A program made the position numbers and the translations under genes. Positions 43,849 through 46,860 of a stretch of 46,860 nucleotides of DNA are shown here, one piece after another. This stretch comes from Kineosporiaceae bacterium (GTDB taxonomy: Bacteria > Actinomycetota > Actinomycetes > Actinomycetales > Kineosporiaceae), in assembly GCA_049283855.1 (NCBI GenBank), contig JBAPWU010000062.1, positions 1 to 46,860 on the forward strand. The letters run 5' to 3'. The notes under the pieces are model-generated. The model had not been told where the DNA came from and did no database searches. It saw only the letters and a list, made by a program, of their open reading frames with translations. Every line of letters begins with the position of its first letter. Position 1 is the stretch's first letter.

Positions 43849-44943
43849 TCAGACCATCGCCGAGGAGTCGATCTCCGGATGGTCGATCATGAAGTCCAGC
43901 AGCCGGCCGGCGTAGCTCTCGAACGGTGGGCACTCCACCCCCGTACCGGCGAGGTCGGCGACCGTGTTGACGGTGGAGTAGGTGGTCGACGAGGCGAAGT
44001 AGTCCAGCAGTTCGGCCGGCAGTCCGAGCAGGCGCTCCAGCCCCGGCACCGAGCCGAGCACGAAGCGGGTGATGCCCAACGGCAGCGGCACCCAGATCAA
44101 CCGCTTCCCGAGGTGGCCGGCGAAGATGTCGGCGACCTGGCGGGCCGTCGGCGGGTTCGGGTCCGTGAGGGCATAAGTCCGCCCGACCGACCGGTCGAGC
44201 ACGGACAACTGGTCCATCGCATCGATGACGAAGTCGCGGGGAACCAGGGACGTCTTGACGCTGTCCGGGACGGCGGGGAGCACGGCCACAGGGAGTTGCC
44301 TGCGCAGGAACGTCGCCACGAAATAGGGACCGTCGTACTTCTGGGTCTCACCGGTGTGGGAGTCGCCGACGACGATCCCCGGTCGGTAGACCGTCGCCGG
44401 GAGGCCGTCCGTGATCGCTTTGCGGACGAGCATCTCGGCTTCGAACTTCGTGGACTCGTAGTGGTTGTAGAAGGTCTGCCCCTCATCGAGAGCATCCTCA
44501 GTGAACTCGCCCTGATACCGCCCACTGACATAGCAGGTGCTGACGTACTGCAACCTGCGCAAGTGCGGGAGCGACCTGCAGTACTCCAGGACCTGCGCCG
44601 TCCCGGTGACGTTGACCCGACGCGCCACCGCTTCGGGGACTGTCAGGTCGTAGATCGCCGCCAGGTGCCAGACCTCGGTCACCTCGTCGAGGACGTCGTT
44701 GGACGCCGGGTCGATCCCCAGGCCAGGGCGAACGATGTCGCCCTCCACCAGGTCGATCCGGTTCAGCGTGTGGGGATGATCGGCTTCGATCTCATGGACT
44801 CGACGCCGCGCCGTCGCCAGGTGCTGGGGCTGGACCACGCAGATGGCCCGCACCCCTTCGCGACGGGCCAGCAGACGGGGAAGCAGGGCAGAGCCGAGGA
44901 AGCCGGGGAACCCGGTCAGCAGCAGTGCAGTCACGCGATTCAC
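43849..44943 (-). CDS. SDR-superfamily reductase, NAD_binding_4 / thioester (fatty acyl-CoA) reductase-like
   Basis: LLTGFPGFLGSALL Rossmann motif, YESTKFEAE (YxxxK), 38 nt upstream of the AAR-like gene on the same strand. GTG start. Confidence 0.8.
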   Translation of the reverse strand: MNRVTALLLTGFPGFLGSALLPRLLARREGVRAICVVQPQHLATARRRVHEIEADHPHTLNRIDLVEGDIVRPGLGIDPASNDVLDEVTEVWHLAAIYDLTVPEAVARRVNVTGTAQVLEYCRSLPHLRRLQYVSTCYVSGRYQGEFTEDALDEGQTFYNHYESTKFEAEMLVRKAITDGLPATVYRPGIVVGDSHTGETQKYDGPYFVATFLRRQLPVAVLPAVPDSVKTSLVPRDFVIDAMDQLSVLDRSVGRTYALTDPNPPTARQVADIFAGHLGKRLIWVPLPLGITRFVLGSVPGLERLLGLPAELLDYFASSTTYSTVNTVADLAGTGVECPPFESYAGRLLDFMIDHPEIDSSAMV

Positions 44944-45140
44944 CTTTCGAGGTCATCGGCCGAAGCCGCCACGCCCACGGTCACGGCGATCCGGTAGTCC
45001 CTCGACCACTACCCGATGCTATCGCGAGGGTGACGGCGTCGGGGGTGGCGCTCGTGGTGATCACCTGTCGGCCAGGGCCGGAGGTGCGCACGACGACGAT
45101 GGGCGCCCCCCGCTCAGGCCCCACCCGTAGGCTCTCGCCC

Positions 45141-46505
45141 ATGAGGCAACCGATCCCGGAGGGTCTGATTGCCGCTGCACACAGGACCCTCGAGGTCAAC
45201 CGCCTCAACGGCCTGACCGTGCCGAACCTGACGATGTTCCGGGCGGGGTACCTGTGGGACACCGCCGTGATCGCCAAAGGGGTCGCCGTCCACGACCCGG
45301 AACGGGCGGCCGGTGAGCTGATCCGTTTCCTGCAGGCGCAGTGGCGCTCGGGCATGCTGCCGAACGAGGCCTACTTCGAGGGCCAGAAGATCAGGCGGCG
45401 GCTGCACGGGCGCCACCCCGACAGCCCCCACGGCGTCACCACGAGCGGGATCACCCAACCGCCGATGATCGTCAGATCGGCGCTCGAGGTCGGCCGCCGA
45501 CTGCCACGCGACCGGCGCACCGCCTTCTACGGATCCGTGGTCCCCCGGCTGAAGCGGCTGTGCCGGTGGGTGCTGGAGGAGCGGGTCGGGGCGAACGGGC
45601 TGGCCGTGGTGATCCATCCCTACGAGACGGGGATGGACAACCGGATCGACCTGGCCGAGGCGATGGCGGACGAGTGGCTGCTCGGCGGCGGGCTGGTCAA
45701 CGGATCGGCTCATCGCGGCACGCTGCGCGCACTCGACGCCATCCGCCGTCTGTGGGGGGACCTCCGGACGGTGCCCATGGCACACCGGTCCAGCAACCAT
45801 GACGTGCTCAGGGCGTATCTGCAGACCCGACACATCCGCCGGCTCGGCTACGACCTGGCCGCGATCGAGGCGAGCGGCCACGGACTGCTGGTGGAGGACG
45901 TGGGGTACAACGCCGTCCTCGTCGACGCCTTCCGCTGCCTGGACGAGCTGACCGACGACCTTCCGCGCGGCGCCGGCCCGGAACTCACGCTCGAGCCCGA
46001 GATGCGAACGGGGATGGGCCGGGTCGCACAAAGCCTGGAGACCCTCTGGTGCGACGGCACCGACGGCAGACGCGGCGGCTACTACAGCCGCAACTACCGC
46101 ACCGGCCGGCTCAGCCTGCGCCCGACCATCGCCGGGCTCTACCCCCTGCTCGTCGACGGCGACGCCGAGCGGACGAGGATCATGGTCCAGACCCTGGTCG
46201 ATCCCTCGACGTACTGGACCCTGGTGGCGCCGCCCAGCGCACCGATCGACTCCGAGGGGTTCGCCCCGGACGAGTACTGGCGAGGCGCGGCCTGGTCCTT
46301 CCCGACCGACATCATCGAGACCGGGCTCGAGCTGCGCGGGGAACGGGAGATCGCCCAGGAGCTGCGCCTGAAGTACCTCGCCAGGCCGTACGGGATCGAG
46401 CACGCCGAGTACGAGAACCCGTTGACCGGTGCACCGCTGGGGGCCAAGCCCTTCTCCCCCGCGGCCGCGCTGACCATCCGGTTCGCTGCCCTGGAAGGGC
46501 TCTAG
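45141..46505 (+). CDS. GH63-like (alpha/alpha)6 glycoside hydrolase (glucosylglycerate/mannosylglycerate-hydrolase type)
   Basis: YLWDTAVIAKG..., GITQPPM, VIHPYETGMDN and EYWRGAAWSFPT blocks. Start at the internal ATG 45141. Confidence 0.6.
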   Translation: MRQPIPEGLIAAAHRTLEVNRLNGLTVPNLTMFRAGYLWDTAVIAKGVAVHDPERAAGELIRFLQAQWRSGMLPNEAYFEGQKIRRRLHGRHPDSPHGVTTSGITQPPMIVRSALEVGRRLPRDRRTAFYGSVVPRLKRLCRWVLEERVGANGLAVVIHPYETGMDNRIDLAEAMADEWLLGGGLVNGSAHRGTLRALDAIRRLWGDLRTVPMAHRSSNHDVLRAYLQTRHIRRLGYDLAAIEASGHGLLVEDVGYNAVLVDAFRCLDELTDDLPRGAGPELTLEPEMRTGMGRVAQSLETLWCDGTDGRRGGYYSRNYRTGRLSLRPTIAGLYPLLVDGDAERTRIMVQTLVDPSTYWTLVAPPSAPIDSEGFAPDEYWRGAAWSFPTDIIETGLELRGEREIAQELRLKYLARPYGIEHAEYENPLTGAPLGAKPFSPAAALTIRFAALEGL

Positions 46506-46510
46506 TGTCG

Positions 46511-46548
46511 CGCCCTCCTTCGCCCTTCTTCGCCCTCCTTCGCCCTCC
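46511..46548. repeat. 10-bp tandem repeat CGCCCTYCTT x3.8 immediately after the GH63-like stop codon
   Basis: Read directly: cgccctcctt cgcccttctt cgccctcctt cgccctcc. Confidence 0.85.
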
Positions 46549-46657
46549 AGGCGTCTGACCCGACGCTGCACCGCGGCCTGTCCCCGCGTGGGGCGCAATA
46601 GATTCGACGGGCCGATCCACACCCTGGCGTATCACCCGCCGGCTCACAGGAGGTTCC

Positions 46658-46860
46658 GTGTCAGGTCCCACGCACGTCGACGCTGCCGCTCTGGCTGCCC
46701 ACCACGGCCGGCAGTTCCTAGCCGGTCTGCCGGCACGCACGGTGACGTCTCCGGTCGACCTCGGCCGGCTGCGTGCCGCATTCGGCGGTCCGGTCCCGGA
46801 GACGGGGCTCGAGCCCGCCGCCGTGATCGAGGCGCTGGTGGCGGCGGCCGAACCGGGGCT
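46658..46860 (+). CDS. 5' end of a group II PLP-dependent decarboxylase-like gene (runs off the window)
   Basis: GTG at 46658 after AGGAGG. VSGPTHVDAAALAAHHGRQFLAGLPARTVTSPVDLGRLRAAFGGPVPETGLEPAAVIEALVAAAEPG resembles the N-termini of DABA/aromatic-amino-acid decarboxylase-type enzymes. Confidence 0.5.
   Translation, partial: MSGPTHVDAAALAAHHGRQFLAGLPARTVTSPVDLGRLRAAFGGPVPETGLEPAAVIEALVAAAEPG

Noticed and set aside
45114-46622. 502-aa minus-strand ORF opposite the GH63-like gene
   Set aside because: Antisense shadow with no motifs. The plus frame has the conserved GH63-like blocks.
1-46860. CRISPR arrays, rRNA genes, IS elements/transposases and prophage structural genes
   Set aside because: I looked for regularly spaced repeats, rRNA-like conserved stretches, DDE/transposase motifs and terminal inverted repeats and found none. 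The only repeats are the short tandem units and att-type copies listed under features.

Overview
High-GC, actinobacterial-type chromosomal segment. The gene content and the tRNA Glu-Asp-Phe cluster suggest a Propionibacteriales/Nocardioides-like organism, but that is inference only. All calls come from reading the ORF translations and the DNA by eye. No homology search was run, so family names rest on motif recognition from memory. I support about 45 genes or gene remnants and 3 tRNAs. Layout: (a) 1-5.0 kb holds a GAF-PAS-GGDEF-EAL c-di-GMP protein, small housekeeping-type genes and tRNA-Glu/Asp/Phe. (b) 5.0-15.8 kb is an accessory island anchored at tRNA-Phe. Two progressively decayed direct copies of the tRNA 3' half (10627-10678 and 13631-13656) divide it into sub-islands. 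Its cargo looks like a decaying defence island: an internally deleted integrase, an AbiEi/AbiEii pair with a frameshifted toxin plus a second truncated AbiE copy, a NADAR-domain gene broken by a 10-bp tandem duplication, a class-II-like Fic protein, and three paralogous AAA+/PD-(D/E)xK (DUF4143-type) ATPases, one per sub-island. (c) 15.8-28.4 kb holds a 1142-aa protein I tentatively read as PPi-type PEP carboxykinase, an XRE-cupin regulator with a flavoprotein, and a secreted GH92 mannosidase next to a GT-C membrane glycosyltransferase. (d) 28.4-33.2 kb holds a convergent, 3'-overlapping two-component system beside two tandem COG4705-like membrane paralogs. (e) 33.2-35.3 kb is a stretch of multiply frameshifted fragments, including a SWIM zinc-finger remnant. 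(f) 35.4-38.1 kb is a TetR gene plus a small-membrane-protein operon. (g) 38.1-46.9 kb holds two uncharacterised enzyme modules. One is XRE-cupin + Cys/Met-family PLP enzyme + a divergent copper-amine-oxidase-like protein with W-Y-R-Y in place of N-Y-D/E-Y. The other is an SDR/thioester-reductase-like gene + a fusion protein whose C-terminal half resembles cyanobacterial acyl-ACP reductase. These are followed by a GH63-like hydrolase and the start of a PLP decarboxylase. The best candidates for something undescribed are the ATPase-nuclease paralogs with their Fic and NADAR partners in the tRNA-Phe island, the CAO-like module and the AAR-like fusion module. No CRISPR array, rRNA or transposase was seen.
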